64,000 nucleotides of DNA from Methylotetracoccus sp. (GTDB lineage Bacteria > Pseudomonadota > Gammaproteobacteria > Methylococcales > Methylococcaceae). This document shows, piece after piece, positions 1 to 9,049 of the stretch; positions within the stretch are counted from its first letter, which is position 1; every line of letters begins with the position of its first letter. Position numbers and translations under genes: made by a program. The stretch is from NCBI GenBank assembly GCA_046347485.1, contig JAXMGB010000012.1:47808-111807 (forward strand), written 5' to 3'. The notes under the pieces were generated by a model. The model was not told the origin of the DNA. It made no database searches and was given only the letters and a program-made list of their open reading frames with translations.

Positions 1-3000
1 GACGACGCTCGGGACGGTCGTCGCCGGCCACAGCGTGCACGGACAGTTAGCCGGCGGCGGATCAGTGAGGGTCAGCCCGATCTGCGAGGCGATGCTCTGG
101 ACATTGCCGCTGTCGTCGATGGCCCGGCTTTTCACCGTGACCGACCCGGGCTGACTGAAGATCCAGCTGTAACTCCAGCTGTTGGTGCCGGTTGCCGGCT
201 GCCAGGTCGTCCCGCCATCAACGGACACCTCGACGCCGGCAACCACACCTCCGCTATCCGTGGCGGTCCCGGAGATCGTGATCGAATTTCCGGTATTGAC
301 CGTCGCGCCATCGGTCGGCGTCACGATGGATGCGGTCGGCGGCGTCGTATCCGATGACTGATTGGCCGTGACCAAGCCGCTTTGCAGCGAAGCCGGCTGC
401 GCGCCCATATCGGCGAACAGGTTCACGGTCGCCTGCTGCATCCGGACATCGGCCGAGTGACTGGCGTTCGGCGTATTGGTCGGATCGTAGTCATGGTTCC
501 CGTCCAGGCCCCACGACCAGCGCATCGATCCGGCACCGAAGACCAGCGCCCCACCGCTATGGCGGTACAGGGTCAGGTTGTGGGTTGCCGTTCCCGGCCC
601 ATAGGTCGAACCGTAATCGAGCAGTTTGTAGGGCACCGATACCGTCGTCGACGACAGCTTGATCAGGCCCGGCGGCTGGAAGCCGTTGTTCAGCGCCTCG
701 TCGAATTCGGGACCGAGTACGCCGATGGGAAGCGTCGCGACCTGATTCGGCGAGAGCGTGGCGATACTCGTATTGCGCCAAAGCCGAAGCTTGCCGAGCG
801 CCTCGGGCACCGCAAGGGGCGTCTCGGCGCTGGCGGTCGAACAACAGTTGACGGTGAAGATCGTTCCGGTCAACCCGTTCTCGGGACGTCCACCGTCGGC
901 CGGCGGCGAGAAACGCGGATCGCGCCATGTGCCTGTCCACGCCGAGGTCGGGTCGATCTTGGCGTTCGCGTGAGTTTCCTTGTACGAGACCAGCGTGCGA
1001 TAACTCGTATTGGATCCATCGATGCTGGGTTCCCAGCGCGTCTTCCAGAAGATTTCGTTGCCACTGAGGAACGCGAGATTCACGCCGGCGTTGCGCGCCG
1101 CCTCGACGTTCGCCCGCTGCGCGCCGGACCAGTATTCATCATGCCCGACCGACAGGAACACCTTGTGCTCGAGCAGTTCGGCGCCGTAGCGGTCCGCGTC
1201 GATGCCACTGATGTAGCTGACGTCGTAGGCATTGGCCTCGAGCCAGCGAATCAAAGGGTATTCGAGCGCAAACAGCCAGCTTCCCGAGGTCGGCAAGGTG
1301 CCGTCCTTGCGGGTCAGGAATGGCCGGTTGTAGCTGACCTTGTATGCCCGACCGGCCGGAGCACCCTCGTAGAGGCTGTTGCCGCCGTAGTTGTTGTACG
1401 CCTGCCAGGTCGTATCGGATGTCTGGAAGACGAGATCCGACTGCCCTCCATCATCCCGGACGATGAAGACGATGTGGCTCGCGCCGCCGGAATCCGCTCG
1501 CACTGGCCGCGCGATGTAGACACCCGACGCGGCATCGGCCGGCACGGCCCACGTCGCCGACACCGCCCAGTTGCCACAGTCGACCAGGCCGGTGTTGGCA
1601 TCGCTCAAACACGCGGGTTGCGTCTGCGGCAATGTCGCACTGGGCTGTATCGTCGCGACCTTGCGGGCGCCGTCGCCGTCGTAATAGCCGATCCGGTAGA
1701 TGTCGATCAGGTAGCTGGCGGCATTCGTGTTGATTTTGAAGGTGACGGTTTCCCCGCGATTCACGCTGAAGCCGCTGGCAAAGCCTTGAATCGTCAAGTC
1801 CCCGGCCGCCGTCACATCCCATTCGGCCGCCGGATTACCCGTCTTGCAGTTCTCGGCGAACACCTCGTTCGGCGGCGATGCGCAGACATCCGTCGACGCC
1901 GTCGTGAACGTCCAGGTGTAATCGTTCTGCAAGGCATTTCCGGCGAGATCCTTGACCCGTGGATCCGTGCCACCACCCTTGACGGTCGCGGTATACGTCG
2001 TCGCCAACGACAGCGGAGCGCTCGGGGTCAACGTCGCGCGGCGCGACGCCGGAGAATAGGTTACCGACGCCGACATCGGCGGATCGCTGCCCTGCTGCAG
2101 AGTAAACGTGCTGCCGGACATCGTCGCCGGGTCGATCGCCTCATTGAAGGTCACCGTGACGGCCTTGGCGACACCCACCGCACCAGCGTTGCTGACCGGG
2201 ATCGTCGTCGAGACGACCGGCGGCGTCGTGTCCGGAGGTAATGTGGTGTCGTACACGACGTCGACCCAGTAGTTCGCGGAGTTGAACGTCTGCGTTGGAA
2301 ACCCGCCGGTCGCGGTGTAGACGTATACACCGTTAGGACCGCTGACATTGTTCTGCAGCGCATGCAGCGGCGCATTGTCCACGCCCGCACTGGCGAAGAA
2401 GGGTGCGTTGCCGGAGTAATGCCCGTTCGGCGCGAAGTACGAGGCGACGTAGACCGTGTTCGCGGTGATCGCAACCGGGGTCGTGAAATTCGCCTGCTGC
2501 CACCCCGTGGCCGTTTCCGATGTGAATGTGACCGAGGCCAACTGGTTGCCGCCGGTGGTCCACAGGTGGCCGACGTGCGTACCGGTGTTGCTGCTGCCCT
2601 TGTAGAAGCGAATGCCGGTGATGTAGCCATTACTATCGGCGCGGAACTTGACGCCGACTTCGACCGCAGACGAATCGTTCGCCGCAAGCGTTGACGGCGT
2701 TGCCGTCGAAGGCCAGATCGTGCACGGGCAGGTCGGACCGGCCATCGGGGCAACGTCCCCCGAGACGGCGGATGGCGCCGTCGGGCGCACCGCGGACGGC
2801 GGCGCCGAGGGCAGAGCCCCGGAACCAACACCTACGCCGCCGCGAGGCGAGGCTTTCCCATGACCTGCATCCTCGCGCGGACGCCCAGTGTCCAGATCCC
2901 AGACGATGAACTTGCCAGCCGCCCCGACGCTGGTCAGGATGTTCCGGCGCGTGCTGAAAGCCAGCTTGAGGACCGTATCCTCATCATGCGCGGCCAGCGT

Positions 3001-4038
3001 TCGATCCAGTCCTCCGTCCGCGGTGCGCCAGAGAAATATCCGCTCACTCTGACCGGCACTCGCGAGCAGACGACCATCCGGACTGAACGCCAGGTCGGTC
3101 ACGCTCGCCCCGACGTCACCGAGCATCGTCGACAGCAGTTCACCACTCCGGGCGTCCCAAAGCCGAACCTGAGCATCGCTCGAACCGCTCGCCAGCAGGG
3201 CGCCGTCCCGACTGAACGCGAGCGCGACGACATCGCGGCCATCGTGCGCCGCCAAGACCTTGAGCGTTTCCCCGCTGGCCGCATCCAGCAGTGTGACGCG
3301 CCCCGTTTCATCGGTGACAGCGATCTGGTGCCTATCCGGCGAAAAAGCCAGGTCGACCACAGGGCTACCGATGTCCGCGGTGTTCGGTACGGACGAGACA
3401 GACTGCGCCGTCAACGCGCGGAAGCGTACGCGACCGCCTCGATCACCCACGACCAGCGTTGAGCCATCCGCGCCGAAGCCATAGCCGCGAATCTCCGCCG
3501 CACGCGGAACGAATGTCTTGAGCAGCTTGCCGGTTCCGACATTCCAAGCCGATAGACGTCCGTCTTCGGAGCGGGTTGCCAGGGCCTTGCCATCGGGACT
3601 GAACTGCGCGTCCAGACCGAGTGCGCCATGTCCATTGGTCAAGGTGACGCGGGGATTGCCCGAAACCACATCCCACAGTTGCACGCTGTTGTCACGAACC
3701 ACCGCGACCGTGCTCGCGTCCGGGCTGAATACGAGCTGTCGGGCTTCGCCACCAAAAGCCCCGGGAATCTGCAGGCGGGTTCGGCCGGTGGCGAGTTCGC
3801 GGACGCGCGCCTTGCCTTGACTGATTGGACCGGCAAGCAGACTGCCGTCGGCGCTGAACGCGAACGGACCGGGCCCCGTAGGCTCGGTCGTCACGGGGTC
3901 CGACGTACCTTGATTGGAGTGCGCAAACCGCAGCACCCATGAGGCACCATCCGCTCCGTAAAATCCGGCAAGCAGGGCCACGACCGTGCATCCGATCGCC
4001 GCGGCAAGTCCGAAGCGCATTTTGTTCGTCGGTCCCAT
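1..4038 (-). CDS. Large secreted multidomain protein, partial (runs off left edge): signal peptide, ~8 WD40 blades, Pro/Ser linker, DUF4082, Ig-like (Big_5), N,N-dimethylformamidase beta-subunit-like domain, Ig-like, second DUF4082
   Basis: Manual minus-strand translation is continuous in one frame. ATG at 4038 follows GAAGGAG; MRFGLAAAIGCTVVALLAG is a signal peptide; repeated LAFSPDG...VRLWD blades at 2880-3860; CPCTIWP...VEVGVKFRAD...NYWVDVV (DUF4082); DTTPPVV...VTFNEAIDP (Ig); TWQAYNNYGGNSLY and SVGHDEYW (DMFase-like); CPCTLWP again near position 45. Absent from the ORF track because there is no stop in the window. Confidence 0.9.
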   Translation of the reverse strand, partial: MGPTNKMRFGLAAAIGCTVVALLAGFYGADGASWVLRFAHSNQGTSDPVTTEPTGPGPFAFSADGSLLAGPISQGKARVRELATGRTRLQIPGAFGGEARQLVFSPDASTVAVVRDNSVQLWDVVSGNPRVTLTNGHGALGLDAQFSPDGKALATRSEDGRLSAWNVGTGKLLKTFVPRAAEIRGYGFGADGSTLVVGDRGGRVRFRALTAQSVSSVPNTADIGSPVVDLAFSPDRHQIAVTDETGRVTLLDAASGETLKVLAAHDGRDVVALAFSRDGALLASGSSDAQVRLWDARSGELLSTMLGDVGASVTDLAFSPDGRLLASAGQSERIFLWRTADGGLDRTLAAHDEDTVLKLAFSTRRNILTSVGAAGKFIVWDLDTGRPREDAGHGKASPRGGVGVGSGALPSAPPSAVRPTAPSAVSGDVAPMAGPTCPCTIWPSTATPSTLAANDSSAVEVGVKFRADSNGYITGIRFYKGSSNTGTHVGHLWTTGGNQLASVTFTSETATGWQQANFTTPVAITANTVYVASYFAPNGHYSGNAPFFASAGVDNAPLHALQNNVSGPNGVYVYTATGGFPTQTFNSANYWVDVVYDTTLPPDTTPPVVSTTIPVSNAGAVGVAKAVTVTFNEAIDPATMSGSTFTLQQGSDPPMSASVTYSPASRRATLTPSAPLSLATTYTATVKGGGTDPRVKDLAGNALQNDYTWTFTTASTDVCASPPNEVFAENCKTGNPAAEWDVTAAGDLTIQGFASGFSVNRGETVTFKINTNAASYLIDIYRIGYYDGDGARKVATIQPSATLPQTQPACLSDANTGLVDCGNWAVSATWAVPADAASGVYIARPVRADSGGASHIVFIVRDDGGQSDLVFQTSDTTWQAYNNYGGNSLYEGAPAGRAYKVSYNRPFLTRKDGTLPTSGSWLFALEYPLIRWLEANAYDVSYISGIDADRYGAELLEHKVFLSVGHDEYWSGAQRANVEAARNAGVNLAFLSGNEIFWKTRWEPSIDGSNTSYRTLVSYKETHANAKIDPTSAWTGTWRDPRFSPPADGGRPENGLTGTIFTVNCCSTASAETPLAVPEALGKLRLWRNTSIATLSPNQVATLPIGVLGPEFDEALNNGFQPPGLIKLSSTTVSVPYKLLDYGSTYGPGTATHNLTLYRHSGGALVFGAGSMRWSWGLDGNHDYDPTNTPNASHSADVRMQQATVNLFADMGAQPASLQSGLVTANQSSDTTPPTASIVTPTDGATVNTGNSITISGTATDSGGVVAGVEVSVDGGTTWQPATGTNSWSYSWIFSQPGSVTVKSRAIDDSGNVQSIASQIGLTLTDPPPANCPCTLWPATTVPSVV

Positions 4039-4205
4039 GGTTTGCCAGACTCCTTCAACAGTTGGGGTGCTGCGCCGTTCAGCGCGTCGGCCGGACTACC
4101 CGACCCGCGACTCGATACGGTCGCAACTCATCGTTATCGGCAACAACACCATCCAACCCGTATCAAGACGGTCGCTGCTTGCCCACATGCCTACGAAGAG
4201 CGGGA

Positions 4206-4221
4206 AGCAAGGCTTGGGCCA
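4206..4221 (-). promoter_or_regulatory. Sigma-54 -24/-12 promoter for the WD40/DUF4082 gene
   Basis: Minus strand TGGCCCAAGCCTTGCT matches TGGCAC-N5-TTGCW. Confidence 0.75.
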
Positions 4222-4295
4222 CTAACATATTTGTTATGTTAAACAGCAAGATGCCGGAGAAATGATATAGCGGGTGCGAATGCCGACGGGTCGAC

Positions 4296-4312
4296 TGTAA
4301 AGGAAGCTGACA
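4296..4312. promoter_or_regulatory. Enhancer-binding-protein site (PEP-CTERM-box-like)
   Basis: TGTAAAGGAAGCTGACA = TGT-N11-ACA, 75 nt upstream of the sigma-54 site. Confidence 0.7.
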
Positions 4313-4709
4313 GCGGTGCGCTGCGCGCTATCGGAAGTTGGACAGCGGCAATTCGGGAATGGACAGGGAGGCTCTGATCGATCCGGGACTTCCCGCGAAA
4401 CCGGGATGTACCGCCGAAATCGCGTGCCGTAGCCGATTGATTTCGTGAGATGAGGCGAAGCCGCGTTTGGCCTCAACAAGGCCAGGATGACTTTTGTTCA
4501 GATTTTGCCTGGTGGGCGCGGCAAGAGTTCGACGCGTTCAGCCCAGCAGGGCACGTCGATTCGAGGGGGATTTCCGGACCATGCGGATCGCAGGAACTGC
4601 TGGCGCTCGACCTAAGTAAGCCAAATGCCCGAGGGGCCGATGCCCCTCGGTCGCCGAAACATACGACGAGACAGGTTCGGATTATGGGACGGGTATCACG
4701 CTGGGGGAG

Positions 4710-6137
4710 CTATCGCGCACCCTTTCCAAAGAGGACGATCTCCGCGGTTTTCAGCAGTATCAGAAGATCGAGGAAGAAACTCCTGTTCTTCAGATAATAG
4801 AGATCGTATTGCAGCTTCTCCGCGGCGTCCTGCTCGGAATCCCCGTACGGGTAGCACAACTGCGCCCATCCGGTCAGACCGACATTGACCTGATGCCGCT
4901 GGCGGTAATAGGGAATCTTGGCCACGAGGTCACCGACGAACTCCGGACGCTCCGGGCGTGGCCCGACGAAGCTCATTTCGCCGCGCAGCACGTTGAACAA
5001 CTGCGGCAACTCGTCGATGCGGTGCCGCCGAATGAAAGCCCCGACCCGGGTAATCCTGGAGTCGTTGACCTGGGCCCAACGCGCCTGACGATCCGCTTCG
5101 GCGTCGATGCGCATACTGCGAAACTTCAGGATCTCGAACAAACGACCATTCAAACCGACCCGGGTCTGCCGGTAGATGATCGGGCAATTCCAGCCCTCCT
5201 CCAAGCGGATCGCCAGGACCGTCAACAACATCAACGGCCACACCATCGCGAGCACGGTGAAGCTCAGAATAAGGTCGCTCATACGCTTCACGACCGTGAA
5301 AATCGTGTGGCTCTGAAATCCCTCCGAGAAGATCAGATAGCTGGGGGAGATCAGATCGAGCCGCAGTTTGCCGAACTCTCGCTCGAAGAATGCCACCAAG
5401 TCGAGGACCTGAATTCCCGCGGCACGGCAGTCGACCAGTTCATCGAGAGGAATCGACCCACGTCGATCATCGACCGCGACGATGATCTCGTCGATTCGGT
5501 GGCGGGCGGCGAATGAAAGCAGCGGCTCACGAATCTGCAGCACGCGCCCCACATCGACGGCATTCTCGTTGCCATTGCCGGCAAACTCGGCGAAGCCGAC
5601 GATGTGAAACCCCCTCCTCCGGCAGCGCCGTTCCATGTGCGCTAGATTCTGTGCCAAAACACCCGACCCGAGCACGAGTACCCGCCGCTTGAGAATTCCG
5701 TGGCCAGCGGAACTCAGAGAAATCGCCCGCATCACGGTGATGCCTACCAGGGACAAGCCCTGGGCCGTCAATAGCGTGCGTGGATCGATCGCGAGACCCG
5801 GAAGCAAGAAAAACGTCGCCGCCAGCAGAAACGTCCCGAGCAGAAACGACGCGGCGATCCGTAGCAATACTCCGGGGAATATCCGGCGGTGGTCGTCCGG
5901 ATACGAACCCATCGCGATCAACCCGATCAGCATGATCGCCGAATAACCGAGCGCCATCAGCAGTTGCCAGCCAACCGAGCGACTACTCGGTTCACCGCTG
6001 GCCGCATCGATGCTCCCGAACCGCAACGCGAGATAGAAGGCGGTTGCGCAGACGACAAAGTCTAAGGCCGCGACGTAGGATTCCTTGCGGACGTAGAACA
6101 TCCGGAAGTTGTTCAGTTCGGTAACTCTGGTATTCAC
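4710..6137 (-). CDS. Priming polyprenyl glycosylphosphotransferase, PEP-CTERM/XrtA-system type (TIGR03013-like; WcaJ/EpsB family)
   Basis: N-terminal TM helices, RRVLVLGSG domain, KFRSM, RIDELPQLFNVLRGEMSFVGPRPERP, KLQYDLYY. GTG at 6137 with GGAG RBS preferred; ORF-track start is 6197. Confidence 0.92.
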   Translation of the reverse strand: MNTRVTELNNFRMFYVRKESYVAALDFVVCATAFYLALRFGSIDAASGEPSSRSVGWQLLMALGYSAIMLIGLIAMGSYPDDHRRIFPGVLLRIAASFLLGTFLLAATFFLLPGLAIDPRTLLTAQGLSLVGITVMRAISLSSAGHGILKRRVLVLGSGVLAQNLAHMERRCRRRGFHIVGFAEFAGNGNENAVDVGRVLQIREPLLSFAARHRIDEIIVAVDDRRGSIPLDELVDCRAAGIQVLDLVAFFEREFGKLRLDLISPSYLIFSEGFQSHTIFTVVKRMSDLILSFTVLAMVWPLMLLTVLAIRLEEGWNCPIIYRQTRVGLNGRLFEILKFRSMRIDAEADRQARWAQVNDSRITRVGAFIRRHRIDELPQLFNVLRGEMSFVGPRPERPEFVGDLVAKIPYYRQRHQVNVGLTGWAQLCYPYGDSEQDAAEKLQYDLYYLKNRSFFLDLLILLKTAEIVLFGKGAR

Positions 6138-6509
6138 ACGTTCGACTCCAGAAGAGATCCGTAACAAGTAGGGCCGCCGCTCACGCCGTTCGGGCATCCG
6201 CTAAGCATAGTCGACGAGCCAAAACGGTCTCGCGAGACCGGCAGCCGATACTCCTCGGCACGGCCATTCGGATGGGGACTCATACCCCGGACATCGCTCA
6301 ACCGAAGACATTCTGTTATAAGCTCACGCGTTGGCGTAGCATAGCCGTCTCATCCGCGCGGCAATTCCTTTTACCGGCACCCGAGAAAAGCATAGCCGCG
6401 AGCGGGAAGGCGCCGATATCGACGGGTCCCGCCGTCGCCAATGCCGCTGACCGGCGCCCAGGAAACGACCAACACGCGCTATAGACGACAACCATGCAGG
6501 ATGTTTCCA

Positions 6510-6525
6510 AGCATTACTCATGCCA
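6510..6525 (-). promoter_or_regulatory. Sigma-54 promoter for the sugar transferase
   Basis: Minus strand TGGCATGAGTAATGCT (GG-N10-GC). Confidence 0.65.
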
Positions 6526-6597
6526 CGGAAATAAGTCACATCGGAACAGTGACATAGGCGATTGCGCGAACAGCGATGTCGTGCCGTTCATTGATTT

Positions 6598-6614
6598 TGT
6601 AAAAATCACCTACA
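6598..6614. promoter_or_regulatory. Enhancer site TGT-N11-ACA
   Basis: TGTAAAAATCACCTACA, 73 nt upstream of the sigma-54 site. Confidence 0.65.
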
Positions 6615-6798
6615 GTCCGCCGACGCTCGACACGGGAACCCGGCTGGCCTCTCGGGGCGGCCCCCCGCTCCGGTCATCGGAACGCGCGAGGATCGGCCGT
6701 AGCCGCGCCACGTGGGCGTTTCGCGGCGCCTTACGCTCAGCCAGATGGCGCGCGACCGCGTGCTCCGGGCAGGGGGAACTCGAACCTGTGGCGATTCC

Positions 6799-6815
6799 TG
6801 TCAAGAATTCTTACA
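6799..6815. promoter_or_regulatory. Enhancer site in opposite orientation, upstream of the OM barrel gene
   Basis: TGTCAAGAATTCTTACA is the reverse-oriented motif (TGTC-N7-yTTACA). Confidence 0.5.
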
Positions 6816-6963
6816 GACGGCACGGGAAGCGCGTCGTCGCATCAACGCGGCTGACGAGCGCGCATCGCCCGGACACGCCGCGGCGCTCCGTTTCCATTTC
6901 GGCGCGTAGACTTTCCCGAATGCCACCCCGAATTTCGCTCAAGCAGCCAGCTGGTCGCCGAAC

Positions 6964-8982
6964 ATGAGAGACCGTCTCCGGATCACCCTGTTCAAAGCAT
7001 CCCGCGTGACTCCTCACGGCGCCCGAAGCCTCCGCTGCAGACCGCTGGCCAACCAGCCCCCGGCATCCGCAGGACCGACAGTCCGTGGCGAGGCCTCGTC
7101 GCTGGCCATCGTGCTGCTGATGGCCACGTCTGCCCAGGCCGGAGACTTCGATTTCCGACCCTCGGTGTCGGTAAGCGAGTTCTACTCCGACAACATCCGA
7201 CTCGCGCCTTCGGGACAGCGCAACGCCGCCTGGGTCAGCAACCTGATTCCCGGCATCGACATGCGCCATGACGCCAGTCGATTCAATTTCGATCTGCGCT
7301 ATCGGATGCAGAACCTCTTCTACGCCGGTTCCGACGCGCCGGCCAACCGCATCCAGAACTATCTGCAGTCGAACGCCAACGCGGAATTGATCGAGGACAA
7401 CATCTACTTCGGCGCACAGGCCAACGTCGGTCGCCTGATCGCATCGACCGGCGGCAGCTTCGCGCCCAGCAACGTCTTTTCGAGCAAGAACACGACCGAC
7501 TTCACCAGCGTACGCGTCAATCCGTACTGGCGCGGTCACATCAAGGGCTACACGGAGGGCTACGTCGGGGTCTCGTACTCGAACGTCGGCACCGGCGCGG
7601 CGACCGGAACCGGAACAACGACGACGACCGGCACGATTTCCGGCGGCAACTCCAACATCGTCGAGGAATACGCCAATTTTCAAAGCGGCACCGACCTCGA
7701 AGCGGTCACGTGGCGAGCCAATTTCGCGAACAGCGAGTTCAGTGGTACCGGCGGCCAAACCTCGTCGCTCGCATCGAACAGCACCTACCGCAGCGTCAAT
7801 GGCGAAGTCCGTTATCACTTCCTCGAGGATTACGCCGCGTTCGTGCGAGCCGGCAACTTCGACAACCAGCTAGAGGGAGTCAACGGCGGAGCCGGCGGCG
7901 TCAACAATGGGGCATACTGGACGATAGGCGGCGCCTGGAATCCCAGCACGAAGACCGCCCTGCAGGGTGGCTGGGGAGAAAACAACTACCTGGTCGCGGC
8001 CGAATGGCAACCATCGCGGCGTACCTCGATGCAAGTCACCTTTCGCGACAGCCGCGTCGGTGGATCATACGGCGGCGGCGCCGGCACCTATGGCGGCGGC
8101 GGTTATGGCGGGTCCTCGGCGTCCCAGGTCTACTATCCGCTGCAGCCCCGACCCAACTCGAGGCAGATGGAATCCGCATCCGGCCGCGCAACGGGATCGC
8201 GAGCCGTGGCTGGCGGCTCGCTGGTGTCCGAGGCCGATGTCGCGGCCGCCGAGGACGAGGCCATTGGCGGCTACGAGACGCCGACGATCTCTCCGTACAA
8301 CCAGCTCGGCGGGTTCAATTCCGGCACCACATGGAACGCGCTGTTTCGACACGCAACGCAGCGGTCGGCCTGGTGCGGCGCGTATTCCGAGGTTGCCCAG
8401 CCATTTCAGACCGGCCTGATCTACCAGTCGACATCATGCGCCCCGAGCCTGATCGGCGGCGTGTTGACCTCACTCCAGCCGAGTGGCGTGAACCCGATCA
8501 CGCAGGGAGGCGTGAATCCCCTGATTCCCAGCGGAGGGTTCTCGTCGCAACTCGGTAGTTTTGACATCAGCCAGCCTTCACTGACGAACCAGATCATCAG
8601 TCGCAAGCGGGGGGAGATCTCGTTTGCGCTGAATACCGGCAAGAGCAACGTCGGACTTTACGGTTACCAGGAGAACCGCAGCTACCAACCGTCGACCAAC
8701 GCGCAGGACGTGCTCGGTGTGGCGGCCTATTGGGAGTGGCATTTCGCACGACGCACGAGCACGCTACTGCGCTTTCAATGGCAGCAGATCAACAATAAGG
8801 ACAACGATCCGACGCAGAATTCGCGCAACGACTTCACGTGGGTCGCGGTGGCGTTGCGACGCGAACTCACGCGGAATCTGGAAGCTCAGGTCGGCTATCA
8901 ATATCTGCAGCAGGCGTCGAACGTCGCCGAGAACCGCTACTCGCAGAACGGCGTCTGGGCGTCGATCAGCCTGCAGTATTGA
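6964..8982 (+). CDS. PEP-CTERM-system-associated outer-membrane beta-barrel protein (TIGR03016-like)
   Basis: Signal ending ATSAQA, then FRPSVSVSEFYSDNIRLAP; alternating beta-strands; C-terminal YSQNGVWASISLQY barrel signature. Start uncertain. Confidence 0.8.
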   Translation: MRDRLRITLFKASRVTPHGARSLRCRPLANQPPASAGPTVRGEASSLAIVLLMATSAQAGDFDFRPSVSVSEFYSDNIRLAPSGQRNAAWVSNLIPGIDMRHDASRFNFDLRYRMQNLFYAGSDAPANRIQNYLQSNANAELIEDNIYFGAQANVGRLIASTGGSFAPSNVFSSKNTTDFTSVRVNPYWRGHIKGYTEGYVGVSYSNVGTGAATGTGTTTTTGTISGGNSNIVEEYANFQSGTDLEAVTWRANFANSEFSGTGGQTSSLASNSTYRSVNGEVRYHFLEDYAAFVRAGNFDNQLEGVNGGAGGVNNGAYWTIGGAWNPSTKTALQGGWGENNYLVAAEWQPSRRTSMQVTFRDSRVGGSYGGGAGTYGGGGYGGSSASQVYYPLQPRPNSRQMESASGRATGSRAVAGGSLVSEADVAAAEDEAIGGYETPTISPYNQLGGFNSGTTWNALFRHATQRSAWCGAYSEVAQPFQTGLIYQSTSCAPSLIGGVLTSLQPSGVNPITQGGVNPLIPSGGFSSQLGSFDISQPSLTNQIISRKRGEISFALNTGKSNVGLYGYQENRSYQPSTNAQDVLGVAAYWEWHFARRTSTLLRFQWQQINNKDNDPTQNSRNDFTWVAVALRRELTRNLEAQVGYQYLQQASNVAENRYSQNGVWASISLQY

Positions 8983-9049
8983 ACGCGTCGCACGACAGAA
9001 CAGCGCGCGCCACGCCCGAGACGCGCCGAGGTTTCCACGCTCCCGCCGC

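Noticed and set aside
382-2241. 619-aa plus-strand ORF
   Set aside because: Arg-rich antisense shadow of the minus-strand DUF4082/DMFase gene
6881-6896. Possible sigma-54 site CGGCGCTCCGTTTCCA for the barrel gene
   Set aside because: Lacks the -12 GC, and its spacing from the enhancer (66 nt) differs from the other four
7591-7640. Short tandem repeats (ACCGGA/ACG)
   Set aside because: They encode a Thr/Gly loop; not CRISPR or a contingency tract
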